Below, piece after piece: positions 31,286-41,482 of a stretch of DNA of 64,000 bases. Under the pieces are notes generated by a model. The model saw nothing but the letters and a program-made list of their open reading frames with translations, was not told where the DNA came from and ran no database searches. Source of the stretch: a virus (lineage: Duplodnaviria; Caudoviricetes); IMG/VR virus record IMGVR_UViG_3300032007_001727. One strand, written 5' to 3'. The translations under genes were made by a program, and so were the position numbers. Within the stretch, counting starts at the first letter, position 1. Each line of letters begins with the position of its first letter.

Positions 31286-31939
31286 TTAAAGTTGTTCTTT
31301 CCTTTCGTTTATGTTACCTACCTTCTTCATCGTACACTCGTAGATGTTACCCTTTTGGTCAAGGAACTTGAATGATTTTCCGATAATCATGGTGTTTAGC
31401 GTGTTCTGAGACTCTTTACCCTCAGATATGATTTTCTTGTTCAATGAAGACGCATATTTTCTCACAATATCCTCAACTATTGTCCTTATCATCGGGTAGT
31501 CAACTTGTGAGCCGCTTGTTTGTACGGCATTGTTTGATACTTGCTCCATTATAGGTTCAGAACTCTTCATACTCTGTTTCTTACCACCCAAGTTGTTTGT
31601 CAAGAACGACAAGTCACCACCGCTGCCTAGAGTTGAGGCATAGAGCGAAGACTCGTCTATCTTATTCTTTGAAAACGACTCCAATATCGCAGAGGGGACC
31701 CTTGAGGCATTGTCTCCGAACTGAGTTGTGTTAAATCCGGCCGGATTACCGTTATTAGCCGGTTTAGCAATGTCTGTTATATTAACGCTTGCATTATCCA
31801 TCAGTGACTCGTTTATAGTGTCTCTTTTTCCCGCCGCAATCTTATCTATCGCGCCGCTAGATTCAAGTTGTATTAGTTTCTTTGCCCTAGACATAACGTT
31901 TTGAAGTTTCTTTTGTCTATCTTCTGTTACATTTGCCAT
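31286..31939 (-). CDS. hypothetical protein (possible head core component)
   Basis: Several xxE sites (TINES, AILES, IISEG). Confidence 0.6.
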   Translation of the reverse strand: MANVTEDRQKKLQNVMSRAKKLIQLESSGAIDKIAAGKRDTINESLMDNASVNITDIAKPANNGNPAGFNTTQFGDNASRVPSAILESFSKNKIDESSLYASTLGSGGDLSFLTNNLGGKKQSMKSSEPIMEQVSNNAVQTSGSQVDYPMIRTIVEDIVRKYASSLNKKIISEGKESQNTLNTMIIGKSFKFLDQKGNIYECTMKKVGNINERKEQL

Positions 31940-31940
31940 T

Positions 31941-32684
31941 TTACCTTACATTTTTATTCCTTATGAAATTATTTTCGTCGAAGTCGACATCATTTATGTC
32001 GAAATCATTATCCTCGTAACCATTGTCAGTAACTTGCCTCTCATCATTGTTTAATTGGTCCAAAGCCTTTTCATACTCATCCCAATAGTTATCCTCTTTT
32101 TCGGAATCCTTTTCAAGGTTCCTTGCAAACTCCTTGTATTTCTTACTATTAGGTTGAGAAGTGAACACGTTCTTCTTCCATTGTTGGTCCGCCCTAACCG
32201 GAACCGGCCCGTGAACGTTCTTTGTTGACATTTTAGGTGCCGGACCACCGACGTTCCTTACCCTTTCAAGCGGTGTTTCAAAGTCATCGAACTTGACGTT
32301 GTCGTAGAAATCTAGCATGGTCTTGTCACCGGTTCTGTTATATTCACCATAGGAAGACGGCGGAGTAGTATTGAACTTTTTATTCTTCATCGGTCTCCAA
32401 GACTTCACTCTGTCAAGGCGGAAGAATTTCCAGTTGGGAGCACCCCTCCTAGAGTTTCCGTTAAGTTGGAATGCTCTGAGAACCGGGTTGCCCTTCTTGG
32501 TCGTACCGACGGCAAAGGGCTGAATTATTCTGTTTCCCTTTGAATTTCCGCCGTTGTCTTCCTTACCGTCATCGTATTTTATATTGACGTGGTACTTGTC
32601 ATGGATACCGTCTAATACACTGTCCAAGTCAACCGCTTCGGTCAGAAGTCCGTTTATTATGTTATTAAGCGTTAGGCTAATCAT
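31941..32684 (-). CDS. WYL-like domain protein with N-terminal LLTE leader
   Basis: VNIKYD...RIIQPFAVG....NPVLRAFQ....WKFFRLDRVKSW. Confidence 0.65.
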   Translation of the reverse strand: MISLTLNNIINGLLTEAVDLDSVLDGIHDKYHVNIKYDDGKEDNGGNSKGNRIIQPFAVGTTKKGNPVLRAFQLNGNSRRGAPNWKFFRLDRVKSWRPMKNKKFNTTPPSSYGEYNRTGDKTMLDFYDNVKFDDFETPLERVRNVGGPAPKMSTKNVHGPVPVRADQQWKKNVFTSQPNSKKYKEFARNLEKDSEKEDNYWDEYEKALDQLNNDERQVTDNGYEDNDFDINDVDFDENNFIRNKNVR

Positions 32685-33799
32685 TTTTCAACAATGTAAT
32701 GAATTAAGTTTAGTTCGTTCTTGAAGGTTACTCCCTCCTCGTTTATTTCCTTGTAGTCCGTGAAATATATTAATCGGACATTGTTTTCAGCACACAATCT
32801 TGCTTTTCTCTCGTCCCTTTCTTTCTGTCTCTCAAAGTTTTCATTGAGCACTTCCTCTCTGTTGTCACCGTTGAAACTGCAAGGTTCATAGTGTTGTTCG
32901 CCTTGGCACTCAATTGCAACGTTATATTCCGGAAGATAGAAATCCAAGTGTTGGAGTCCGAGCCAAGGTGCTCTGAATGACTGTTTGAATTCAATCTCGT
33001 TTTTGTTGAGCAAGTTTGCAATTTGTTCCTCAAGGTGGCTTTGGTTACATTTTGGACATCCGTGACCATTTAAATGGTCATTTGGTCTTATCTTAAAAAT
33101 GCCATGCTTCATACACATAACATCCACTTTAGTTTTGGAATTAATATATTTTACATTATCGTATGAGTATTTGTCTTTGTGTATAGCAGAGGCTTTTTTA
33201 ATAAATTTTTCAACATTATCCCATCTATCATTTTTGGAACACTCTAAACAACCGTACCCTTTTAGATGACTATTTGGTGTTTGTTCAAATTCACCATGTA
33301 TCGGACAAGTAATTTTTATTTTTGTTTTACTATCTATATAATCAACATTGGAGTAGTCGTATTTGTCACCGTGGATTTCAACCGCCTTTTTAATAAAAGA
33401 CTCTGTTGTTAAGTGTTCCCTTTTACCGCATTTAGGACACCCACAGCCACTCAAATGCGATGTTGGTGTTTGTTCAAATTCACCATGTATCGGGCAAATT
33501 ATTTTACATAGAGTTCTGCTATTGATATAATTTGTATAAGTATATTTATCATTATGTATAATTGAGGCTTTGTTAACAAATTCGCCAAAATTACTCCTTA
33601 ATTTTTCATATGAACATTCTTTACAACCAATACCATTTAATAAATGTTTTGGTGTTTGAAAAAAGTCACCATGTTTTTTACAGTGTACTTTAACTTTAGT
33701 CGTTTTATTTATATACTCTATATCAGAGAAATCAAATTCCCCATTATATATAGTATCTAACTCTTTAATAACTTCCTCTTTTGATAAATGTTTACCCAT
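32681..33799 (-). CDS. free-standing homing endonuclease (C..HG.F.Q.P..HL.G.GC..C repeats + Vsr/DUF559-like nuclease)
   Basis: Four repeats; HLDFYLPEYNVAIECQGEQHY. Confidence 0.8.
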   Translation of the reverse strand: MGKHLSKEEVIKELDTIYNGEFDFSDIEYINKTTKVKVHCKKHGDFFQTPKHLLNGIGCKECSYEKLRSNFGEFVNKASIIHNDKYTYTNYINSRTLCKIICPIHGEFEQTPTSHLSGCGCPKCGKREHLTTESFIKKAVEIHGDKYDYSNVDYIDSKTKIKITCPIHGEFEQTPNSHLKGYGCLECSKNDRWDNVEKFIKKASAIHKDKYSYDNVKYINSKTKVDVMCMKHGIFKIRPNDHLNGHGCPKCNQSHLEEQIANLLNKNEIEFKQSFRAPWLGLQHLDFYLPEYNVAIECQGEQHYEPCSFNGDNREEVLNENFERQKERDERKARLCAENNVRLIYFTDYKEINEEGVTFKNELNLIHYIVEK

Positions 33800-33927
33800 C
33801 TTTTTTCGTTTCTTTTGCTTCGTTTCTTATTTGCTTTGCGGAATTTGTGCGGAAGACCGAAACGATAAAGTCTTGTCGATGGGTAGCAACTTCCATCTAT
33901 CCGCAGTTATCCGCACCAATTTTATTC

Positions 33928-34356
33928 TTATCCACAGTTTGCAACCGGACTGCCAATCTGCTGGCCGACGAAGTATTGTCCGTCATTGATGTTTGCGGTG
34001 GTGTCAACCAAGGTTGGACCATAAGGATTCTCCTTGTTATACATTGAGGTAGCCAAAGCCCTTTCTCTGCCGCTGATACCGTTTCGGCCCTTTATATCAT
34101 AGCAACCGCCACCATTTTCTGTATCGAAGTTGCTGTAGTTAATTAAGCCGGTTGGCTTTGTACAGTCCGGAAGATAGTGTGAGTGTCCTCCGTGGTTTGT
34201 GCCCTTTCCCTTTGAGTCGCCATCGCTTATAGCGTTCTTATGGGTTGCACCATATTGGTTTTCAATGTTATAGTCACTGCGAGTTATCTCTTCATGCCTC
34301 TCATCCATTCCTCTTTTTTCAAGACATGTCTGACCATTTGTAATTGTATTTGCCAT
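33928..34356 (-). CDS. hypothetical Gly/Asn-rich late protein
   Basis: Late motif upstream. Confidence 0.6.
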   Translation of the reverse strand: MANTITNGQTCLEKRGMDERHEEITRSDYNIENQYGATHKNAISDGDSKGKGTNHGGHSHYLPDCTKPTGLINYSNFDTENGGGCYDIKGRNGISGRERALATSMYNKENPYGPTLVDTTANINDGQYFVGQQIGSPVANCG

Positions 34357-34406
34357 ACTCTCTATAAATTTTAAACATTTTATTTTAATAATAAATAGTT
34401 ATTGGA

Positions 34407-34778
34407 CTATTTTTTCAATCTTTCTTTTGGTTTGCGTGTGGACGTTACCTTTTCAACCTTTTTTAGTGGCTTGTCATCCACGTTTGTGTTGATGGTCACA
34501 TCAAATCTGACCGGACTTGCATCCTTGTATGAAGCAATCGGAAATTCACTTTGAATGAGGTATTCTGAGTCAACCAACACCTTCGTGTACTGTCCGCACT
34601 TGTCCCATCTGTTGTTTAGGAGTTGCATGTCCCGTATCTGTTTACCGAATCGCTCCAAGGGGGTCTGAAGTCCCTCTATCTGCCTCATACCTTGCCTTGT
34701 GTCGTTCTTAAGGCCGTCAATGACGGCACTTGCAGCATCCTTTGCTTTTAGGACGGTATTATTTAATGTGTTTGCCAT
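34407..34778 (-). CDS. hypothetical protein
   Basis: Overlaps the upstream gene. Confidence 0.55.
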   Translation of the reverse strand: MANTLNNTVLKAKDAASAVIDGLKNDTRQGMRQIEGLQTPLERFGKQIRDMQLLNNRWDKCGQYTKVLVDSEYLIQSEFPIASYKDASPVRFDVTINTNVDDKPLKKVEKVTSTRKPKERLKK

Positions 34779-36210
34779 TTCTAATCAACTGTCTTTCATT
34801 AATGTAAATTTTTCTCTTCTTCTTGTTTTTGTCTTCCGAAATTCTTGTAAGTGAGGTTGAACCTCCTTGTATGAATATTGATGAAAGGTTACCCCTTTGG
34901 TGTGTGACATCCAACGCTTTATTGACAATAACCAACACCTTTTCAGCGGGCAAGTCTTCCTTATATTCTGAAATTATTTTCTCCAAAGGTTTTAGGCCAT
35001 AGTCTGAAAGGGCATCACTTCCGTCCGGCATTATTGTCCAATTATAAAATCCTATTAAATTTAGGAAAAACCATTGAGTGGTCAACCAAAATATCTTTTT
35101 CGAATCTTCGTCAAATTCTATCTTGCTGTACCTTGATTTTTGATTGAATTGTGCTATGTGCTTCCTAATATCACCATAGTTTTTGCTAAAGTTGGTGAAC
35201 TCTTTCCTTTTTTGGTCATTGTTCCAAATATCATCCGCCTCTTCTTGGCTTACCCAAGGGAAATATTCTTGTCCGCTATTGTCAACCGATTCGTTTAACG
35301 ACCCAAAGTCATTGTTGCAGAGTTTTATTACATCTTCTAAGAATATCTCTATGGTGACTTCATCGTTTTCGGGGTCAAAGGCAGTGTATCTTTTGCCCTT
35401 GTAATAGTTGGCTAGAAAATGCTCAAACTCTTTTGACGGAAAAAGGTCAGTATGGCCGTAGATTTCAGTGTTTGCTTTTAGAATGGCCGTGTTCTTCATT
35501 ATAATTCCCATCCATTGATATACATACTTTTTAGGAAAATTGGTAAGTTTTCCGAATCTAGTGAACTCAGAGAGGGCCTTCTTGTACATGTCCGGGTTTA
35601 TCAACACTCCCCAAGATTGTTTTCCGTTCTTATTTGATAAGAATGAATTGAACACGTAGTTTACATCATAGTCTTCCAAATAGTCGAAGTAAGGGTGTTC
35701 GTCACTAAACGCCTCATTGATTATCCTGCCTTCAGATGTCATGTTAAACGTTATTTTCCCGTTTGGCACGCTGATTTCCTTAGCATTTATTTCAACGTCC
35801 GGAGAAATATTTGCAGTCGGCTTAGGAGGCTGTACGGCATCCACCTTTTTAACTCCCCTTGCTTGTTGAATACCTTTTCTATACAAGTTTGCTGCAAGTT
35901 CTCCGCCGTTTAACTCATATTCTATACTGTTTTTGGGCAGTTTATTCATTCTGTGAAGCCTAACCTTGGCATCCTCTACGCTCACGTAGTCTTGCCTTGT
36001 CCCGTTACCGTTTAGGTGTGAGTTCTTGCCCTTTTTGTTATATTCTCTGTCACTCCCTAGAGACTTGAGTATTTTTGAACCCGGGTAGTTCTTGTCCAAG
36101 TACGATTTGTACACGGACTTCATTGCCTTGAATATCTTCTTGGTATTCTTCGGTATCGGGATTTTCTTTTTGGTTACCTTCTTTGAGTCTTCGCTTAGGA
36201 ATAATGCCAT
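34759..36210 (-). CDS. hypothetical protein with several xxE sites (putative head protein)
   Basis: LFLSED, RIINEA, SLNES; C-terminal KIYINERQL. Confidence 0.6.
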   Translation of the reverse strand: MALFLSEDSKKVTKKKIPIPKNTKKIFKAMKSVYKSYLDKNYPGSKILKSLGSDREYNKKGKNSHLNGNGTRQDYVSVEDAKVRLHRMNKLPKNSIEYELNGGELAANLYRKGIQQARGVKKVDAVQPPKPTANISPDVEINAKEISVPNGKITFNMTSEGRIINEAFSDEHPYFDYLEDYDVNYVFNSFLSNKNGKQSWGVLINPDMYKKALSEFTRFGKLTNFPKKYVYQWMGIIMKNTAILKANTEIYGHTDLFPSKEFEHFLANYYKGKRYTAFDPENDEVTIEIFLEDVIKLCNNDFGSLNESVDNSGQEYFPWVSQEEADDIWNNDQKRKEFTNFSKNYGDIRKHIAQFNQKSRYSKIEFDEDSKKIFWLTTQWFFLNLIGFYNWTIMPDGSDALSDYGLKPLEKIISEYKEDLPAEKVLVIVNKALDVTHQRGNLSSIFIQGGSTSLTRISEDKNKKKRKIYINERQLIRNGKHIK

Positions 36211-36238
36211 AACTTGTCTGTTTCTTAATTTTTTTTAA

Positions 36239-36481
36239 TTAGTACCTGCCATAGCCAAACGGCAACTGTTCACCCATTGGGCCTTGTAAATCCCTAGTAG
36301 TTGTGGGATTTGATGGTTCTATATCACCATTTTTACCATCTGTTGTCGGTTGGGTTGTGACTTCACTTCCTTTCAATTCCGGATAGTTGTTTTCACCATA
36401 AGTACCGCTTTCAATACTACTTTTAACACTACCTTCAAAAATCCTTCCGAATTGGGATTCATTCAATTTAATTATTTTCAT
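36239..36481 (-). CDS. small protein with KIIKLNESQ leader
   Basis: MKIIKLNESQFGRIFEG; late motif upstream. Confidence 0.6.
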   Translation of the reverse strand: MKIIKLNESQFGRIFEGSVKSSIESGTYGENNYPELKGSEVTTQPTTDGKNGDIEPSNPTTTRDLQGPMGEQLPFGYGRY

Positions 36482-36553
36482 ACTTATTTGTATTTTTTAT
36501 AATAAATATCACGGTTGCTTGATATTTATAAGGAAAAAGTTAGGTAATTTATA

Positions 36554-38533
36554 ATGGCTAATCTGAAAGTAAATAACCATCATATATTTAGGTTGAGGAT
36601 TAATGAGGATGAATATTGGGATTTCTTCATTAACCGTGATTTGTATTCCAATAACATTATATGGAACGGTGACAAAATGTATGATGAATGTCTCATATCT
36701 AGAGTTAACCTAGGCGAATGCCCCGGAGAGGATATACTGTATAGTGATGCCAAGTATTCTTGGGAGAATGCCTTGTCAATAGGCTATACACTGTATAATA
36801 TCACATATCTTGGTGTCGACAACGGGTTGTTTACCTTCAGAAAGGACAGAATCACAAACGGTGACTTCGTAAGAATATTCCAAGAGAACAAACTTAGGTT
36901 GGATGGAGGCGATAATAGGCTTATACTCCACAGAGTGAGCGGAAATACGCTGCAATATGACTACCCGCTGCATTGTTTGGGTGACAAGGTTGCATTTAAC
37001 GGAGGATTCTATCAAGGATTCTTCAAGACTGAGTGTGACAAATACCAAGTATTGCCGTCAAAGTTTAACGACGGAGAAACTTATAACCTTGAATTCCTCA
37101 TCAACAAGTGTGAATTGGAAAAGGAGTCTGATAGGACTCTTAACGACAAGTATCCGGAAAACAAGGGTATATTCTTCTATATAGGCACTAGGGCTGAGAA
37201 CAAATGGATATATCAGTATGACAAGGATGATATTGATGGTTTGGAGGAATGCTATGAATTGGGCGTGGATGATTTCGTCGAAAACGGTGAAATTGACAAG
37301 AAGGACTACATCATAGGCAATTTCTATGACGTTGACATTGATTTCGAGGAAGACCCTCCATTGGATATAGATAATTATACCAACTTTAACTATTACAGTG
37401 ACGAATTGTATGAAATAGACAAGTGTGATTGGCTAGACATGTCAGATTACCTTGAGATAAGCCCGACCATCATCCCAAAGACAATAGATGAGAATGAAAG
37501 CCATATAACACTGACTTGGTGCTGTAATCAAACCGATGACAAGGACTATATATTGACACCGTATTTCGTAGGGTGTTCTTGTCCAATCAGATATAAGAGA
37601 AAATATGTACCAAAGGAAGGATACGATGATGATTTTCTAAGTTGTTTGACAGTGTTCGGAGAAGATGACTACATAGGTGACTTCGGAGGATTGGGTGACT
37701 TGGAGGAATGTCTTTCATATGTTGAAAGGGAATTGGACATCACCGACTTCGAATATTATACGGACAACGGATTTAACTTGTCAGAGGCAAATTGGTACTA
37801 TTTCTATACGGACAACAAGTTTCTTATGTTCGATAGGACAAAAGACGGAAAAACCGTACAGAATTGGGAGGAAGGCACAACGTTCATGTATTGTGGAAGG
37901 AGAAAGCACTTCAACGGAAACTTGTTTATCTTGATGAACCGCACAAAGACCGGCTATACCGTTTCAAACATCGATTCCGTAATCAACGAGAACGCAAACT
38001 ACTACAACCCGTACAATGACTTATATAATAATGCATTTGCATTAAGAATCACCGATGACGGGGAAATAGGCTACAGACTCCTTACGGTTGACTGTAGTAT
38101 CAGCGGAAGAGACAAGACCGCACTCATAGAGGGATATTCGTCAAAGGGTATCATAAAGGAGTGTGAATGGTCAACCGTAAATGTTAGGATGGATTTCTTC
38201 GGCGGAAATAAGATGAGGCTTATGTTCTACGTAAACGGAAAATTGGTATATATATCTAGGGAACTCCCTAGATTGGAACTTAAAGCCCTAGATGACTTGT
38301 ATGAGAAACAAGAGGGTGTACCATATAATATATCGATAGGTGGAGGAACACAAGGATTGGCGGAGACAATACAGTATAACTACATGTTAAACCCCACAAG
38401 GGTCTATCCGTTGGAAAAGCACTTTGCTGGTTCGTTCATAGGATATATGAAGGATTTCAAGATTTATAACTGTTCAATGGAGAAGATGATAATTGAAAAC
38501 AATTATAAGTGGAATCAGAAAATAATTGCTTAA
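36554..38533 (+). CDS. virion structural protein with LamG/ConA-like C-terminus
   Basis: WSTVNV..LMFYVNGKL...ISIGGG...FIGYMKDFKIYN. Confidence 0.6.
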   Translation: MANLKVNNHHIFRLRINEDEYWDFFINRDLYSNNIIWNGDKMYDECLISRVNLGECPGEDILYSDAKYSWENALSIGYTLYNITYLGVDNGLFTFRKDRITNGDFVRIFQENKLRLDGGDNRLILHRVSGNTLQYDYPLHCLGDKVAFNGGFYQGFFKTECDKYQVLPSKFNDGETYNLEFLINKCELEKESDRTLNDKYPENKGIFFYIGTRAENKWIYQYDKDDIDGLEECYELGVDDFVENGEIDKKDYIIGNFYDVDIDFEEDPPLDIDNYTNFNYYSDELYEIDKCDWLDMSDYLEISPTIIPKTIDENESHITLTWCCNQTDDKDYILTPYFVGCSCPIRYKRKYVPKEGYDDDFLSCLTVFGEDDYIGDFGGLGDLEECLSYVERELDITDFEYYTDNGFNLSEANWYYFYTDNKFLMFDRTKDGKTVQNWEEGTTFMYCGRRKHFNGNLFILMNRTKTGYTVSNIDSVINENANYYNPYNDLYNNAFALRITDDGEIGYRLLTVDCSISGRDKTALIEGYSSKGIIKECEWSTVNVRMDFFGGNKMRLMFYVNGKLVYISRELPRLELKALDDLYEKQEGVPYNISIGGGTQGLAETIQYNYMLNPTRVYPLEKHFAGSFIGYMKDFKIYNCSMEKMIIENNYKWNQKIIA

Positions 38534-38549
38534 AACGAGAAGAAACAAG

Positions 38550-38807
38550 ATGCCAAGCAAAAGTAAAGCACAACGGAGATTCTTCGGTATGGTTGCTGCC
38601 TATAAGAAGGGCAAGATGAAGAATGCAAGCAAGAAGATTAAAAAAGCGGCAGAAAGTATGTCAATGTCCGCTGTAAAGCATTTTGCAAAAACAAAGCATA
38701 AGGGACTTCCGGAGAAAGTGGAAGAACAAGCCGTTGTCAGATTAACAGAGTCAGACTTACATAGGATAGTAAGGGAAGCCGTTGAACAAGTACTTAAAGT
38801 AAAATAA
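38550..38807 (+). CDS. DUF3008-like basic protein with C-terminal RLTESDLHRIV motif
   Basis: MPSKSKAQRRFFG...SMS..AVKHFAKTKHKGLPEKV. Confidence 0.7.
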   Translation: MPSKSKAQRRFFGMVAAYKKGKMKNASKKIKKAAESMSMSAVKHFAKTKHKGLPEKVEEQAVVRLTESDLHRIVREAVEQVLKVK

Positions 38808-38835
38808 AAATCATATTGGACCGTGCGAGATAGTT

Positions 38836-39573
38836 ATGAGTAAAAATTTAGATAAACTTCAGCATAAGAGAAGCAATGTTGTTGAGAGCGGGGCACCGAA
38901 GAAACCGACACCCGCACAATTGGAAGTTGGCGAAATTGCAATGAACTATGCCAAGGATGAGGAGACAATGTTCATTAAGAACGACAATAATGAAATTGTA
39001 TCATTTTCTTGCGACAAGTTAATTAACTCAGAATTGGGTGACATAGAAAGATATTGGAAAAACGTTGAGGACAGTGCGATTACCTATAATAATGTAATCG
39101 ACATGCTTAACTATAACATACAATATGTTAAGGAAAACTTTCAAAGGAAACCAGTGGTACTGTATCAAACAGACGGCACTAGTGGACTTCTCGGTGTCAA
39201 TGACTCTACATTAAACCTAAACACTTGGCAGTTGGAGAATTTTGATTTTTCACCATACAAGTATGCCATAGCATATTTCAAGCAAGCGGACCGGGACTTC
39301 TCCACCACTCAAGCCAACTATGTTACACCAGCCTTGATGGTATTCATACCGCTTGATGCCGCATCGAAGTCCAGATATTATGATGCCTACATAGGTGGTA
39401 CAAACACGACCAACCCCAATGACAGAAACGTGCATTTCTGCGTACTTGCGGCAATTGACGGAACCAAGACAAAGTTCAAGGTGGTATCAGAACACTCAAT
39501 ATACGGAACCGCCTTGGGAGGAAGAAATGACAATGGTAGGTATTGTTATAAGATTGAAGGTCATTTTGACTAA
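38836..39573 (+). CDS. tail fibre/adhesin-like protein
   Basis: N-terminal LQHKRS...P.PAQLEVGEIAMNY...MFIK motif typical of phage fibre modules. Confidence 0.5.
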   Translation: MSKNLDKLQHKRSNVVESGAPKKPTPAQLEVGEIAMNYAKDEETMFIKNDNNEIVSFSCDKLINSELGDIERYWKNVEDSAITYNNVIDMLNYNIQYVKENFQRKPVVLYQTDGTSGLLGVNDSTLNLNTWQLENFDFSPYKYAIAYFKQADRDFSTTQANYVTPALMVFIPLDAASKSRYYDAYIGGTNTTNPNDRNVHFCVLAAIDGTKTKFKVVSEHSIYGTALGGRNDNGRYCYKIEGHFD

Positions 39574-39603
39574 AAAACGATATTTTTCATGATAACTTTC
39601 TAT

Positions 39604-39633
39604 AAAATGCAGTCAGAAATGGCTGCATTTTTT
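39604..39633. terminator. bidirectional terminator, with an identical copy at 48578-48605
   Basis: AAAATGCAGTCAGAAATGGCTGCATTTT. Confidence 0.7.
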
Positions 39634-39639
39634 GTTTTT

Positions 39640-40125
39640 TTAATATTGAATATAGTTATTGATGAAGAAATCATCTATAACACCCAACTTAAGCGCAGCC
39701 TTATATGCCGTTTGGTTTTTCTTTGAAAACTCTGTTTTTGTATTATATTTCAATGCCTCCTTCTCGATTCTCTTATACGTCCACCAACCGTTCTTGTGTC
39801 TTTTCTTTTTCTTTTCAATCCAATCCATTTCATCCATATAGCCGTATTTATATGCGGATAGGAAAGCCGTTAGATTCTTTTCCTTGAATTCTTCATTGGA
39901 TGAATATTTTCTTGCCTCATTCATTATGTTCTCCTTTATCTTCCAATACCCCTTTGGGTGTTTTCCGTTGTTGTTGGACAGCCATTCCATTTCATCCAAC
40001 CATTTGTGTTTTCTTGCGGAATCATATGCGTTTCCACTTTTCTTCTTGAACTCAGTCTTTGTTGCATATTTTTTAGATTCCTCAAACACATTTTCCTTAT
40101 TCTTCCAATAATTTCTAGGTTTCAT
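39640..40125 (-). CDS. repeat-only protein (three ~50-aa W..E...KKY...EF....AY..A...WLDEM repeats)
   Basis: Same repeat as the upstream gene but no nuclease domain. Confidence 0.65.
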   Translation of the reverse strand: MKPRNYWKNKENVFEESKKYATKTEFKKKSGNAYDSARKHKWLDEMEWLSNNNGKHPKGYWKIKENIMNEARKYSSNEEFKEKNLTAFLSAYKYGYMDEMDWIEKKKKRHKNGWWTYKRIEKEALKYNTKTEFSKKNQTAYKAALKLGVIDDFFINNYIQY

Positions 40126-41374
40126 CAACAATTTTGTTTTTATTTAGCCAAGTCATTTCATCAATCCATTTGTGTTTGTGCGCGGCATAATACGCACCCT
40201 TGCCTTTAATTTTAAATTCACTTCTTGAAGAATACTTCTTGGATTCGTTTATTACATTTTCTTTCACATCCCAATATCGTTTTGGCTTTTGGGTGTCAAA
40301 CCAATCCATTTCATTTATGAAATTATATCTTAGTGCGGCTTCATAAACACTTTTGTTATCTCTCATCAATTCTGCTTTTGATGCATATTTTCTAGCCTCA
40401 CTCATTATATATTCTTTATTTTTTAACGAACCCCTAGTAGTAACTTTGTTTTTATTTAGCCAAGTCATTTCATCCAGCCAACCATATTTAATGGCTGCGC
40501 CATACGCACTTTGGTTTCCTTTTTGAAATTCAATCTTAGATTTGTATTTCTTTGCCTCTTCAATTACATTGTCCTTGTTTTTCCAATACCCATATGGTAA
40601 TTTTGGTTTATTATCGAACCAAGTACAATCTTCAAAATATCCATACCTATAACCGGCCATATAAGCCGATAGGTTGTTCCTCTCAAGTTCTTTTTTTGAT
40701 TTATACTTTTTTGCCTCTTCCATAAAGTTTTCCTTATTTCTCCAATAACCGTTTGGATGGGTTCTGTTCGTTGGGAACCAAGTCATTTCATCCAACCACC
40801 CTTTTTCCTTTGATTTATGGAATGCATGACTTGCATTTTTCTGAAACTCACTTCTTGTCTTATATTTCTTACCCTCTTCAAAGCATTTTTTCTTACTCCA
40901 TTTTCCTTTACACATTAATCCAAGACTACCACACGGTTGTTTATTAATCATGTTAAATCCTAGTTCTCTGTAGTGTTTTTCCCAATATTTTTCCTTATTT
41001 ACCCCCTCTAATATTGTTAGTCCATTTTCAACTATCTCCATTGGTGGTATTTCTACACTATTTTCTTTTGCAAATTTGAATACAGAATCACATTCTCTTG
41101 TCCGGTGCTGTCTGTCCCTAGTTTCCGGATAAATTGTCCTACCCACATAAACGGCATTTAAATCCTTGAAATTATAGAGATACACGGTATCTATTTTATC
41201 TTTATAAACATTTCTTTTGTTTAGCCAAGTCATTTCATCCAACCAACCATTATTCTTGGCAACCGCGTATGCCCCATGCGACTTTTTGTAGAATTCAGTC
41301 CTTGAAGAATATTTCTTAGATTCTTCTATTGTATTCTCCTTTTCTTCCCAAAATAAGGTTTTTTTATATTTCAT
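40115..41374 (-). CDS. GIY-YIG-like endonuclease with six ~50-aa tandem repeats
   Basis: VYLY.F....VYVGRT..PETRDRQH...E..W..HY...MIN; ATG 41374 preferred. Confidence 0.7.
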   Translation of the reverse strand: MKYKKTLFWEEKENTIEESKKYSSRTEFYKKSHGAYAVAKNNGWLDEMTWLNKRNVYKDKIDTVYLYNFKDLNAVYVGRTIYPETRDRQHRTRECDSVFKFAKENSVEIPPMEIVENGLTILEGVNKEKYWEKHYRELGFNMINKQPCGSLGLMCKGKWSKKKCFEEGKKYKTRSEFQKNASHAFHKSKEKGWLDEMTWFPTNRTHPNGYWRNKENFMEEAKKYKSKKELERNNLSAYMAGYRYGYFEDCTWFDNKPKLPYGYWKNKDNVIEEAKKYKSKIEFQKGNQSAYGAAIKYGWLDEMTWLNKNKVTTRGSLKNKEYIMSEARKYASKAELMRDNKSVYEAALRYNFINEMDWFDTQKPKRYWDVKENVINESKKYSSRSEFKIKGKGAYYAAHKHKWIDEMTWLNKNKIVDET

Positions 41375-41482
41375 CAACAATTTTATATTATTTATAATTA
41401 TTTCTATACTTAAATATAAGTATAATTGAATAAAATTCAATATTTATTATTAAAATAATAAATAAAATATTTGAATCAAATT

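Noticed and set aside
33892-33901. Target of the candidate TnpB guide (GATAGATGGA on the minus strand)
   Set aside because: A 10-nt match is plausible by chance in 64 kb and the match diverges immediately afterwards
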